A stretch of DNA of 64,000 bases from Myxococcales bacterium (GTDB taxonomy: Bacteria; Desulfobacterota; Binatia; HRBIN30): NCBI GenBank assembly GCA_037445065.1, contig JBBILD010000003.1, positions 1 to 64,000 of the forward strand, read 5' to 3'. The first letter of the stretch is position 1. Each line of letters starts with the position of its first letter. The position numbers and the translations under genes were made by a program. The notes beneath the pieces are model-generated. The model had not been told where the DNA came from and ran no database searches. It saw nothing but the letters and a program-made list of their open reading frames with translations. This document shows positions 7,093 to 16,401 of this stretch, piece by piece.

Positions 7093-9618
7093 ATGGTCGA
7101 GAAAAATGGAAACGAGCGAAGAGCAAAGCGACTGTTGGTTGTGGGTGGAGGGATGGCCGCCGCGGCTCTGGTGGAAGAAGTCTGCGCAGTGGCCCCCGAT
7201 CGGTTCTCGATCACCGTGCTCAGCGCCGAGCCGTGGCCGCCGTACAACCGGATTTTGCTCACCGAGGTCCTGGCCGGAAAACACGACGTGGCTTCCACTC
7301 GGTTGCGCCCGCTCGGCTGGTACGAAGAGCACGGCGTGCAGCTGTGGACCGAGACGCGCGCCGTGCGCATCGATCGCCAAGCACGCGTTGTGCACGCGGT
7401 GCGCGCTCGCCGAGACCAAGCCGAGTTCCGTGCGGTTCGTAGCGGCGACGCCAAACCGCTCTCTCTTCGTTACGATGTGCTGGTCTTGGCCACGGGCTCG
7501 CGCCCGTTTGTACCCCCGATCGAAGGGACCGCGCTGAGTGGCGTGTACTGCTTCCGCACGCTCGACGACTGTGCCGCGATCGGCCGCGCGGCAGCGCGTG
7601 CGCAGCGCGCGGTTGTCGTGGGCGGAGGGCTCCTCGGACTCGAAGCAGCGCGGGGCCTGCTCGAGCACAGGGTGCGGGTGACGGTCGTAGAAGCCGCTCC
7701 GCAGCTCATGCCGGCGCAGCTCGACCGCGAGGGCGGGGCGCTGCTGAAGCAGACACTCGAAGCCATGGGCATCGAAGTGCGTTGCGCTGCCCAGGTGCGC
7801 AAGGTGACTGGGGAAGAGAGAGTGGAGACGGTGGAACTTTCCACTGGTGAGATATTGCCCTGTTCCCTGGTCGTGCTTGCAGCCGGAATCCGGCCCGATG
7901 TCGAACTGGCGCGCGAAGCGGGGCTTGCTGTCCAGCGCGGCATCGTGTGCGACGATCAGATGCGCACCAGCGATCCGCATATTTTTGCATTGGGTGAGTG
8001 CGCCGAGCATCGCGGTGTGGTGTACGGCTTGGTGGACCCGATCCGCGAGCAAGCGCGCGTGCTCGCCCAGGTCCTGTCAGGGGCTGGCCCGCAGGCCGCG
8101 TACTGGGGCTCGCGTCTGGCGGTGCGGCTGAAAGTGATGGGAGTAGATTTGGTGTGCCTGGGCGACCCGCGCGGCGAGGGCCCCGGCGACGAGGTCGTGG
8201 TGTACCGCGAGCCTGCCCGCGGCGTGTACAAGAAGCTCGTTGTCCGCGATGGGAAGCTGGAAGCCGGCATCCTCCTCGGCGAAGCGGATACTGCCGGGGT
8301 TCTCACCCAGCTCTACTTGGCGCGCGCGCCCCTTCCCGAGCGGCGCGCGGAAGTGTTGTTCGGTACCGCGAGCGGGGCGCCGATCCTTTCGATCTTCGAC
8401 CTCCCGGACCACGCCCAGATCTGCAACTGCAACGGAGTCTGCAAAGGCGAGATTCGCGAGGCGATCGTGCTCGGCAAGTGCCGCTCGCTGTCGCGCTTGA
8501 GTGCTGTGACCCGGGCCGGCAGCGGCTGCGGTAGTTGTAAATCCTTGCTCAAGCAGTTCCTCGAAGTCTACGCTGGCGACGAAGTCGGGGAAGACGAGGC
8601 CGAGCACCACTATGTCCCTGGCGTCCCGCTCGCCAAGCCCGCGCTGGTGCGGGAGATCAAAGCCCGCCGCCTGAAAAGCGTGAGCGCCGTTTTTGCTGCC
8701 CTCGCTGGCGGGCGCGAGGACCCGGCGAGCAAGCCGGGCTTGGCCTCGTTACTGCGCACCATTTGGGGGCGAGAGTACGACGACGAGCGCGACGCTCGCT
8801 TCATCAACGATCGCGTGCACGCCAACATTCAGCGCGACGGTACCTTCAGTGTCGTGCCGCGCATGTACGCGGGCGTAACTTCCCCCGCGGAGCTGCGCCG
8901 CATCGCCGAGGTGGCCGAGAAGTACCAGGTGCGCATGGTCAAACTCACAGGTGGCCAGCGGATCGATTTGCTCGGGGTGCGCAAGGAGGATTTACCACTC
9001 ATTTGGCGCGACTTGGGCATGCCGAGTGGGCACGCCTACACCAAGGCGTTTCGTACCTGCAAAAGCTGCGTGGGGACGGACTTTTGTCGCTTCGGCCTCG
9101 GCGACTCGATCGCTCTCGCGCAGAAAATCGAGCGCCGCTTCCAAGGACTGGAAGCCCCTCACAAGCTCAAGCTCGCCACCGCAGGGTGCCCGCGCAATTG
9201 CTCCGAGGCGTACGTCAAAGACGTGGGTGTGGTGGCGGTCGAGGGCGGCCGCTGGGAGATTTACGTCGGTGGCGCGGCGGGCAGCCACGTGCGCAAAGGC
9301 GACCTGCTCGCCACCGTGCGCTCGCACGAAGAGGTGCTGCAGCTCGTCGGCCGCTTTCTCCAGTACTACCGCGAGCATGCCAAGTATGCCGAGCGCACCT
9401 ACGGCTTTGTCGAGCGCGTTGGCATCGAGAAACTGCGCGCCGTGGTGGTGGACGATCGCGAAGGACTCGCTGCCGCGCTTGACGCCGAGATCGAGGCAGC
9501 GGTGGCGAGTTATCGCGACCCGTGGGCCGAGGAAGCCGCCGCGCCCGTGTTTCCCGGACAGTTTGCCGGTGTCGAACGCCTGGAGGCTGCTGGTGAGCAG
9601 CCGCTCGCTGGCAGGTGA
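7093..9618 (+). CDS. nirB: NAD(P)H-dependent siroheme nitrite reductase, large subunit
   Basis: FAD/NAD motifs (VVGGGMAA, VVGGGLLGLE), BFD CNC...CGSC, siroheme/4Fe-4S CKSCVGTDFC...GCPRNC; alternative start at 7045. Confidence 0.93.
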   Translation: MVEKNGNERRAKRLLVVGGGMAAAALVEEVCAVAPDRFSITVLSAEPWPPYNRILLTEVLAGKHDVASTRLRPLGWYEEHGVQLWTETRAVRIDRQARVVHAVRARRDQAEFRAVRSGDAKPLSLRYDVLVLATGSRPFVPPIEGTALSGVYCFRTLDDCAAIGRAAARAQRAVVVGGGLLGLEAARGLLEHRVRVTVVEAAPQLMPAQLDREGGALLKQTLEAMGIEVRCAAQVRKVTGEERVETVELSTGEILPCSLVVLAAGIRPDVELAREAGLAVQRGIVCDDQMRTSDPHIFALGECAEHRGVVYGLVDPIREQARVLAQVLSGAGPQAAYWGSRLAVRLKVMGVDLVCLGDPRGEGPGDEVVVYREPARGVYKKLVVRDGKLEAGILLGEADTAGVLTQLYLARAPLPERRAEVLFGTASGAPILSIFDLPDHAQICNCNGVCKGEIREAIVLGKCRSLSRLSAVTRAGSGCGSCKSLLKQFLEVYAGDEVGEDEAEHHYVPGVPLAKPALVREIKARRLKSVSAVFAALAGGREDPASKPGLASLLRTIWGREYDDERDARFINDRVHANIQRDGTFSVVPRMYAGVTSPAELRRIAEVAEKYQVRMVKLTGGQRIDLLGVRKEDLPLIWRDLGMPSGHAYTKAFRTCKSCVGTDFCRFGLGDSIALAQKIERRFQGLEAPHKLKLATAGCPRNCSEAYVKDVGVVAVEGGRWEIYVGGAAGSHVRKGDLLATVRSHEEVLQLVGRFLQYYREHAKYAERTYGFVERVGIEKLRAVVVDDREGLAAALDAEIEAAVASYRDPWAEEAAAPVFPGQFAGVERLEAAGEQPLAGR

Positions 9619-9642
9619 GAACAACTCGACGGGGAGGTGAGC

Positions 9643-10029
9643 ATGGAGTGTCTGTTGGCGACACAACCGCGTCTCGGCGTAACTGCGCAGCAGGCCGAGC
9701 GTGGGCCGCGTGAGCTGCGCGTGGATTTGGAGCAGATTCCGCTGGGGCAGGGGCGTGCCTTTGTGGCAGGAGGGATCGAGGTGGCGGTCTTCCGCCAGCG
9801 TGACGGGCAAGTGTTCGCCCTGCACGCGCGCTGCCCGCACCGAGGCGGCCCGCTTGCCGATGGCCTCCTTGGAGCGGGCAAGGTGATTTGCCCGCTGCAC
9901 GGTTGGGTGATCGACCTCGCTAGCGGCGAGTGCTGGTACAGTCACGACAAACTACCCACGTATCCGGTGCGCGTGGAAAGGGGAACCCTGATCGTAACCC
10001 TCGAGCCCCAGCTAGGGGAGGCACCATGA
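9643..10029 (+). CDS. nirD: Nitrite reductase small subunit (Rieske-type)
   Basis: CPHRGGPL...CPLHGW; GGAGG SD; directly follows nirB. Confidence 0.88.
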   Translation: MECLLATQPRLGVTAQQAERGPRELRVDLEQIPLGQGRAFVAGGIEVAVFRQRDGQVFALHARCPHRGGPLADGLLGAGKVICPLHGWVIDLASGECWYSHDKLPTYPVRVERGTLIVTLEPQLGEAP

Positions 10030-11054
10030 AGGCAACCGCGTTCCGCGACGCCTCGCTTGCCACGCTCGTGCTGCTCGCGGCCATTTACGCTGGCTCCGGG
10101 CAAGGGGAGCACTTCGATTCGGCCTTGCGCGGTTACGCTTTCGGGGTGGTCACCGTGTTCTTCGTGACTGCCTACCGGGCCGCCATGCTGTGGCGCCACC
10201 CAGCGGCGGCGCTGTTTGCACGGGAACTCGGCCGCGCCCTTTGCCAGCCGAGATGGTGGTGGGAAAGCTTGAGCGAGTTCGGCCGCAGTTTGGTGGCGCA
10301 ACGTTTCCTCGCAGCCAGGGGGCGCCTGCGCTGGCTTGCGCACCTCAGCCTCTCCTGGGGAACACTGCTCGCCTTCCTGGTGACGGTCCCTTTGGTATTT
10401 GGCTGGATACATTTCGAAGTTGCAGGCGAACGCCTCTACCGAGCGCACGCATTCGGCGTCGGCTTGCTGAGTTTCGACGTGGACAGCCTGCTTGGCTGGC
10501 TTGTCTTTCACGTTCTCCACGTGTGCTCCGTTTTGGTGTTGCTCGGGTGCACGTACTTCGTGCTCGTCCGCTTGCGCGCCCGCGGCGAGTGGCATGGCCA
10601 GCGTAGCTTTCACCTGGCTCCTTTGCTGGCGCTCGCTTGGCTGGCGGCCACCGGACTCGCCCTGCCGTGGGCGGCTCAGCAGGGTGACGCAAGCTTGGTG
10701 CGCTTGGCGCAAGTGCTCCACCAGGTGGCCGTACTGGGTCTCCTTGCGAGTTTGCCGTTTGGCAAGCTCGCGCACCTCCTCTTGCGGCCGTTGCATGCAG
10801 GCGCCGTGATGCTGCGGCGGACAAGGGCATCCGTGAGGTGTCGCTCGTGCGAGGCTCCGCTCGCGCCAGGCGAACAAGTGGTCCGGGTGCAGGAAATCCT
10901 GTCGCGGCAACGAGTGGGGGCGCCAGCGCCGGTTTGGCTGTGTACGGCCTGCCGGCGCCGGGCTGTGGCGATGACCCACAGCAAGCTCGTCGGCCGGGGC
11001 TTTTTACCGACCGTGGTGCAGGGCCGGCACGAGGCACAACGAAAGGTAGCGTGA
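10026..11054 (+). CDS. Polytopic membrane protein, NarI/cytochrome-b-like, with C-terminal CxxC...CxxC
   Basis: About 6-7 TM segments; His in TM segments (WLAHLSL, FHVLHV, VLHQV, PFGKLAH); CRSC...CTAC; ATGA overlap with nirD. Confidence 0.7.
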   Translation: MKATAFRDASLATLVLLAAIYAGSGQGEHFDSALRGYAFGVVTVFFVTAYRAAMLWRHPAAALFARELGRALCQPRWWWESLSEFGRSLVAQRFLAARGRLRWLAHLSLSWGTLLAFLVTVPLVFGWIHFEVAGERLYRAHAFGVGLLSFDVDSLLGWLVFHVLHVCSVLVLLGCTYFVLVRLRARGEWHGQRSFHLAPLLALAWLAATGLALPWAAQQGDASLVRLAQVLHQVAVLGLLASLPFGKLAHLLLRPLHAGAVMLRRTRASVRCRSCEAPLAPGEQVVRVQEILSRQRVGAPAPVWLCTACRRRAVAMTHSKLVGRGFLPTVVQGRHEAQRKVA

Positions 11055-11056
11055 CG

Positions 11057-13258
11057 ATGGCGCGCATTCCGATTTCCGAGGCGGAGTGTATCGAGCGGTA
11101 TGGGCCGCACCCGCAGTACGAGCCTCCCGGCGGATTTGCCGGGCGTGGGGTGCCCGACCGCAAAGTGCTCACGCATTGCTGCTTTTGCGGCCAGCAGTGC
11201 GGGGTGAAGCTACTGGTGCGCAACGAGCGGGTGATCGGCGTCGAGCCGTGGGAGGAATTCCCGTTCAACCGCGGCAACCTCTGTCCAAAGGGCGTCAAGC
11301 GCTACTTGCAGAACCACCATCCCGACCGCTTGCGCACCCCCTTGCTGCGCACGGACTCTGGATTCGCCCCGATTGGATGGGACGAGGCACTCGATCTGGT
11401 GGTGGAGCGTTTCCAGCACCTGCAACGCAACTACGGGCGAGACAGCGTGGCGGTGCTCTCTGGGGCCTCGCTGACCAACGAGAAAGCCTACCTGATGGGC
11501 AAGTTTGCGCGGGTGGCGCTCGGAACCCGGCACATTGATTACAACGGGCGCCTGTGCATGGTGGCAGCGGGAGCGGCCAACCTTCGTGCCTTCGGCATCG
11601 ACCGCGCCGCGAACCCATGGGCCGACATCGCCAGCACGGATCTTGTCCTGGTGACAGGGGCAAACGTGTCGGAGTGCAGCCCGATCACCATTGACTACAT
11701 CTGGCGTGCGCGCGACCGCGGCGCCAAGCTGATCGTCATTGACCCCCGCCTCACACCCGTGGCGCGCACCGCCGACCTGTACTTGCCGGTGCGCCCAGGG
11801 CGCGACGTGGCGCTGATGAATGCCATCCTCCACGCCGTCATCCGGCTCGGCGGCGTGGATCAGGAGTTCGTCGAACGGCACACCAGCGGGTTCGAGAACG
11901 TGCGCGCCGCTGTGGAGCGGTATTCGCCTGAGTCGGTGGAGCGCCTGGTGGGGGTGCCGGCTGCACGCATTTGGCAGGCAGCGCGCATGTGGGTGCAAGC
12001 ACCGCGCACCATGCTGCTGCACGCGCGCGGCATCGAGCATCACACCAAGGGTGTGGACAACGTGCTTTCCTGCATCAATCTCGTGCTCGCCACCGGTAAG
12101 ATCGGCCGGCCTGGCTGCGGCTACGCCACCATTACCGGCCAGGGCAACGGGCAGGGCGCGCGCGAGCACGGCCAGCGCTGCAATCAGCTTCCTGGGGCGC
12201 GCGACATCGAAAACCCAGAACACCGCGCCTGGATCGCTTCGGTGTGGGGCGTACCGGAAAACGAGCTGCCGGGTAAGGGCGGGACACTTCCAGAAATTCT
12301 GGAACTCGCCCACCGCGGCGAGGTCAAGGGCCTACTTTCGATTTGCCTCAACCCAGCGGTCTCCCTACCCGACACGGCCTTTACCCGCGCCGCCTTGGAG
12401 CGTCTGCGCTTTTACGTAGCGATTGACTTCTTTCTCTCGGAAACAGCTCGCCACGCCGATCTCGTTCTCCCCGGCTCGCTGCACGAAGAAGACGAAGGGA
12501 CCGTCACGAGTGCCGAGGGCAGAGTCATCCGCATCCGGCAGGCAGTGTCCCCGCCTCCTGGTGCGCGGCGCGACTGGGAGATCATTTGCGAGCTGGCCCG
12601 CCGCCTCGGCAAAGGCCGTTACTTTTCTTTTTCCTCTCCGCGCGAGATCTTCGATGAGTTGCGCCTGGCATCGCGCGGCGGCAAGGCCGATTACTTTGGC
12701 ATCACCTACGAAAAGATCGAGCAGAACTACGGCGTGTTCTGGCCTTGCCCGTCGCTCGATCATCCGGGTACGCCGCGCTTGTTCGATGGCGGCCGCTTTG
12801 CACATGCGGATGGGCGGGCCCGCTTCCACGCCGTCGAGTACCGGCCGCCGGCAGAGGACGTGGACGCCGACTACCCGCTCTTTCTCACCACCGGCCGCGT
12901 GGTCTCGCAGTTCCTTTCCGGGAACCAGACCCGTCGCATCGGGCCACTCCTCGACCAGTACCCCAGCCCGCGCGTGGAAATGCACCCGCACTTGGCAACG
13001 CAGCTCGGTATTGCCGACGGCGATCCTGTGCGCGTGGTGAGCCGCCGCGGGGCACTCGAGCTGCCCGCCACCGTGGCGCGCACGATTCGACCCGACACGG
13101 TGTTCATCCCGTATCATTGGCCGGGCGAACAAGCAGCCAATCAGCTGACCATTCGTGCGTACGATCCGGTGGCCGGAATTCCAGAATTCAAAGTGTGCGC
13201 GGTGCGAGTGGAGAAAATCGCGCCGGCTTCGTCCGCCAGGGGGCGGGGGTTGCGATGA
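11057..13258 (+). CDS. nasA: Assimilatory-type nitrate reductase catalytic subunit (Mo-bisPGD, NasA/NarB family)
   Basis: [10 protein letters not shown]...LCPKG [4Fe-4S] motif; NGRLCM Mo-ligand motif; C-terminal molydop-binding domain (PEFKVCAV); no Tat signal. Confidence 0.85.
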   Translation: MARIPISEAECIERYGPHPQYEPPGGFAGRGVPDRKVLTHCCFCGQQCGVKLLVRNERVIGVEPWEEFPFNRGNLCPKGVKRYLQNHHPDRLRTPLLRTDSGFAPIGWDEALDLVVERFQHLQRNYGRDSVAVLSGASLTNEKAYLMGKFARVALGTRHIDYNGRLCMVAAGAANLRAFGIDRAANPWADIASTDLVLVTGANVSECSPITIDYIWRARDRGAKLIVIDPRLTPVARTADLYLPVRPGRDVALMNAILHAVIRLGGVDQEFVERHTSGFENVRAAVERYSPESVERLVGVPAARIWQAARMWVQAPRTMLLHARGIEHHTKGVDNVLSCINLVLATGKIGRPGCGYATITGQGNGQGAREHGQRCNQLPGARDIENPEHRAWIASVWGVPENELPGKGGTLPEILELAHRGEVKGLLSICLNPAVSLPDTAFTRAALERLRFYVAIDFFLSETARHADLVLPGSLHEEDEGTVTSAEGRVIRIRQAVSPPPGARRDWEIICELARRLGKGRYFSFSSPREIFDELRLASRGGKADYFGITYEKIEQNYGVFWPCPSLDHPGTPRLFDGGRFAHADGRARFHAVEYRPPAEDVDADYPLFLTTGRVVSQFLSGNQTRRIGPLLDQYPSPRVEMHPHLATQLGIADGDPVRVVSRRGALELPATVARTIRPDTVFIPYHWPGEQAANQLTIRAYDPVAGIPEFKVCAVRVEKIAPASSARGRGLR

Positions 13259-13866
13259 GCCGCGAGCGCCGCACGTTGTTTTTGGATCCGCAGCGCTGCA
13301 TTGGTTGCCGCGCTTGCGTGCAAGCGTGTAGCGAGTGCCCCGGTCACGCCGGCGAGGCGATGATCCATCTCGACGAGCTAGCGCGCGGCGACAGCGTGCA
13401 AACCGCTCCGGCGGTGTGCATGCACTGCGAGGAGCCGGCGTGCGCCGCGGTTTGCCCGGTGGACGCCATCCACAAAGGTCGCGATGGTGTGGTGCACACG
13501 GCTCAGCGCGAGCGCTGTATTGGCTGCGGGAACTGTGCGCTGGCCTGCCCGTTCGGCGTGCCAAAGGTGGATGCACGCCGCGAACTCATGGTGAAGTGCG
13601 ACCTTTGCTACGAGCGCACGTCGCTCGGGCTGGCACCAATGTGCGCCACGGTGTGTCCATCCGGAGCCTTGTTTTACGGCACCGAGGAAGAGGTGGTTGA
13701 CCAGCGCGCGCTGCATCCACTCAACCGCTTCACGTTTGGCACCGACCTCGTTCGCACCTCGGTGCGGTATTTGGTGCCAGCGTGGCACCGGACCATTCCA
13801 GTTTCCAATCAGGCGCAGAGAGACCGCTCGATTGCAGAGTTGTGCATGGAGGAGGCGATCGTATGA
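13255..13866 (+). CDS. DmsB/NrfC-like 4x[4Fe-4S] electron-transfer subunit
   Basis: [42 protein letters not shown]...CATVCP; ATGA overlap with the upstream gene. Confidence 0.88.
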   Translation: MSRERRTLFLDPQRCIGCRACVQACSECPGHAGEAMIHLDELARGDSVQTAPAVCMHCEEPACAAVCPVDAIHKGRDGVVHTAQRERCIGCGNCALACPFGVPKVDARRELMVKCDLCYERTSLGLAPMCATVCPSGALFYGTEEEVVDQRALHPLNRFTFGTDLVRTSVRYLVPAWHRTIPVSNQAQRDRSIAELCMEEAIV

Positions 13867-14342
13867 GGAACGAAGGAACCGAGGTTCGAGCTGAGGCGAC
13901 CCCGCAACGGCTCCCGAGTGCGGCTTGCCCGCAAGTCGGCCGCCGTGCCTTTCTGGGGACTGCAGCGGCGGTGGCGGTTGGGGCCCTGGCCGGCGAATGG
14001 AGCACCACGGGTGACGGGGAAGCGAGCGCAGAGAGTTGGGGCCCGCTATTGGCGAGCGCCGAGCTGGCCGCCGGCGAGGGGCGGCACGTTCGCGGGGAGG
14101 GCAGCGCAAGACTGGTGTTGGTGGTTCGCTTGCTCGACGGCGCCTTGCGCGCCTTCGACGCGCGCTGCCAGCATCTCGGCTGCCCCGTGCTGTGGTCGCG
14201 CCAGCGCCAGCGCATCGAGTGCCCGTGCCACCAAGCCGTGTTCGATGCTCAGGACGGTGGGGTGGTAACGGGACCGCCGGCGCGCGGCCTCGAGCCGCTC
14301 GAAGTGTACGAGCGCGGCGGCACGGTGTTCGTACGGGTGTGA
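13863..14342 (+). CDS. Rieske [2Fe-2S] protein with twin-arginine N-terminus
   Basis: GRRAFLG followed by a hydrophobic helix; CQHLGC...CPCH; GPP motif. Confidence 0.87.
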   Translation: MRNEGTEVRAEATPQRLPSAACPQVGRRAFLGTAAAVAVGALAGEWSTTGDGEASAESWGPLLASAELAAGEGRHVRGEGSARLVLVVRLLDGALRAFDARCQHLGCPVLWSRQRQRIECPCHQAVFDAQDGGVVTGPPARGLEPLEVYERGGTVFVRV

Positions 14343-14372
14343 GGGAGCTGTTCCAGTGAAGGAGGGTGGTGC

Positions 14373-15590
14373 GTGACTGTAGAGCGGGGGTTTTGGCGGG
14401 AGTTTTGGCATGCGGGCCACGGGCCCACTCTGCTCGCTGCGTTTTTGTACTTCGACGTGAGTTTCCTCTTGTGGATGCTTGTCGGCTCGCTCGCCGTGTT
14501 TCTCAGCGCGGACCTCGAGCTGACCGCCTCGCAAAAGGGATTTCTGGTTGCGTTGCCGCTGTTGTCTGGCGCGTGCTTGCGTTTGCTGGCGGGTACCCTG
14601 GCGGACCGCATCGGGGCACGCCGCACGGCGGCGCTCGGCATGTCCCTGACTGCGGTGGCTCTGTTGTGCGGTGGGTTGGGGGTGCAAGGCTTTGTCTCGG
14701 CGCTGTGCACCGCGGCCCTGCTCGGAGTGGCGGGCGCAAGCTTTGCCGTGGCGCTGCCGCTCGCCAGCCGATCGTATCCGGCCCGCTTCCAAGGAATCGC
14801 CATGGGCATCGCGGGTGCGGGCAACTCCGGTACCGTGTTGGCCGCGTTTTTCGCGCCGCGCTTGGCGGAGTGGGTCGGGTGGAGGGGAGTGTTTTTGTGG
14901 TGCCTGATCCCCCTCCTCATTACCTTGGTCCTGTTTCTCCTCCTCGCACGCGAGCCGGCGTCCTTTGCACGCAACGCCCGGCAGCCGATCGCGCGCGAGC
15001 CCGACCTGTGGTGGCTATGCGCGTTTTACATGCTGACCTTCGGCGGCTTTGTCGGCTGGAGTAGCTTCTTGCCCGTGTTGTTCTCGGATCTTTACGGGGT
15101 ACCGGCAGTGACTGCAGGCACGTGGACGGCGGCTTGCGTGCTCGCTGGCAGCGCGTTGCGGCCGCTCGGTGGGTGGCTGGCCGATCGCTGGGGTGGAGTC
15201 GGCGTGCTGAGTAGCGTGTACGCCCTGGCTGGCGGGGTCGCCTCGTTGATCGGCTTGGTTCCCTCGCCGGCGGCTGCAGTGCTGCTCATGGTGGCCATGC
15301 TGGGTAGCCTCGGGGCAGGCAACGGCGCGGTGTTCCAGCTCGTGGGCCAGCGCTTTCCTGGCGCAATCGGCAAGGCCACCGGGATCGTCGGTGCGGCCGG
15401 GGGCGTGGGGGGATTCTTGTTGCCCTCGATCTTGGGAGTGGTGCGTGAGATTTCCGGCAGCTATGTGCCGGGCTTTGGCGCGTTTGCGAGCGCCGCGGTC
15501 GCCTTGCTGGTAGCCCTCCGCTGGCTCGAGCGGCGCTGGCGGTGGACGCTGGCGGTCCGCCGACAAGTCGAGCCGGGCGTCGCGCACTGA
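14373..15590 (+). CDS. narK: NarK/NRT2-family nitrate/nitrite MFS transporter
   Basis: About 12 TM; GIAGAGNSG and GAGNGAVFQ...GIVGAAGGVGGF nitrate-signature motifs. Confidence 0.9.
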   Translation: MTVERGFWREFWHAGHGPTLLAAFLYFDVSFLLWMLVGSLAVFLSADLELTASQKGFLVALPLLSGACLRLLAGTLADRIGARRTAALGMSLTAVALLCGGLGVQGFVSALCTAALLGVAGASFAVALPLASRSYPARFQGIAMGIAGAGNSGTVLAAFFAPRLAEWVGWRGVFLWCLIPLLITLVLFLLLAREPASFARNARQPIAREPDLWWLCAFYMLTFGGFVGWSSFLPVLFSDLYGVPAVTAGTWTAACVLAGSALRPLGGWLADRWGGVGVLSSVYALAGGVASLIGLVPSPAAAVLLMVAMLGSLGAGNGAVFQLVGQRFPGAIGKATGIVGAAGGVGGFLLPSILGVVREISGSYVPGFGAFASAAVALLVALRWLERRWRWTLAVRRQVEPGVAH

Positions 15591-15619
15591 CGGTCCGGCG
15601 AGGGGAACAAAGCGCGCGC

Positions 15620-15647
15620 TTGACACTGCGCTGCCCCTCGGCATACT
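15620..15647 (+). promoter_or_regulatory. Putative sigma-70 promoter for the cohesin-like lipoprotein, implying a near-leaderless mRNA
   Basis: TTGACA-N16-CATACT ending 9 bp before the ATG at 15657; no SD. Confidence 0.55.
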
Positions 15648-15656
15648 CGTGGCCCC

Positions 15657-16226
15657 ATGCAGCGTGGCGCCGTCTCTTGTTGGAGCAGTTTGGCATTGTT
15701 CCTTGCGCTCGCTTGCCTGGCCTCTTGCCAGCGGCAAAAGGAAGCCACCGCCCCGGCACCCGTGCCTCCTGTGGCCCAGCCTCAGCCGAGCGAAGGCATG
15801 GTGGTAGCCGTGCAAAGTGCCAAGGCGAGCGCCGACGGGGCGACCAAGGTTTGCGTGCGCTTGGAGCGGAATTCCGGCAAGGTCTCCGGCATGCAGATGG
15901 ACTTGGGTTGGGATCCGAGCTGCCTCACAATGGAACAGACTGGCAACGGCGAGCCAGCGTGCACGATGAACCCGGAGGCGCAGCGCAGCTTGTTCCGTGC
16001 TGCCAAGCGCGAGCGAGGAATCCGAGTGCTGTTTCTGAACTTGAACGATACGAACCCGATGCCTGCCTCGGTGGGGGAACTGTTTTGCTGCCAATTCCGG
16101 ACGGCGGGGCCTGGCCGCCAGTGTGAGGTGAGCATCAGCAACGCGATCGCCTCCGATCCGACCGGAACTCGCCTTCCCCTGACCACCCAGGCTGGTACCG
16201 TCCAGGTGGAAGGCTCCGCCGGCTGA
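15657..16226 (+). CDS. Lipoprotein with a cohesin-like beta-sandwich domain
   Basis: Lipobox LAS-C, Pro-rich linker, then V.VRL...VSGMQMDLGWDP...GELFCCQF...ISNAIASD..G..L......GTVQV pattern. Confidence 0.65.
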   Translation: MQRGAVSCWSSLALFLALACLASCQRQKEATAPAPVPPVAQPQPSEGMVVAVQSAKASADGATKVCVRLERNSGKVSGMQMDLGWDPSCLTMEQTGNGEPACTMNPEAQRSLFRAAKRERGIRVLFLNLNDTNPMPASVGELFCCQFRTAGPGRQCEVSISNAIASDPTGTRLPLTTQAGTVQVEGSAG

Positions 16227-16401
16227 AGCGAGCTTGGGTTCTCCCGCGCGCGGCGGCGCTTGCGTTCGGACCTCGAACTCGCTCGCTCTCCAACCACTCA
16301 GCAAGCGCCGGTAACAAGTGAGAGCGCAATTTGTGCCGCTCGGGTGGTTTGCGGCTCGGCCGCTTGACTTGCCTGCGGCGCACGGGCTAGCGGGCGCGGC
16401 C

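Noticed and set aside
6799..8052. Apparent 400-aa N-terminal extension on LysR (724-aa ORF)
   Set aside because: Antisense to nirB; LysR has its own SD and ATG at 6798.
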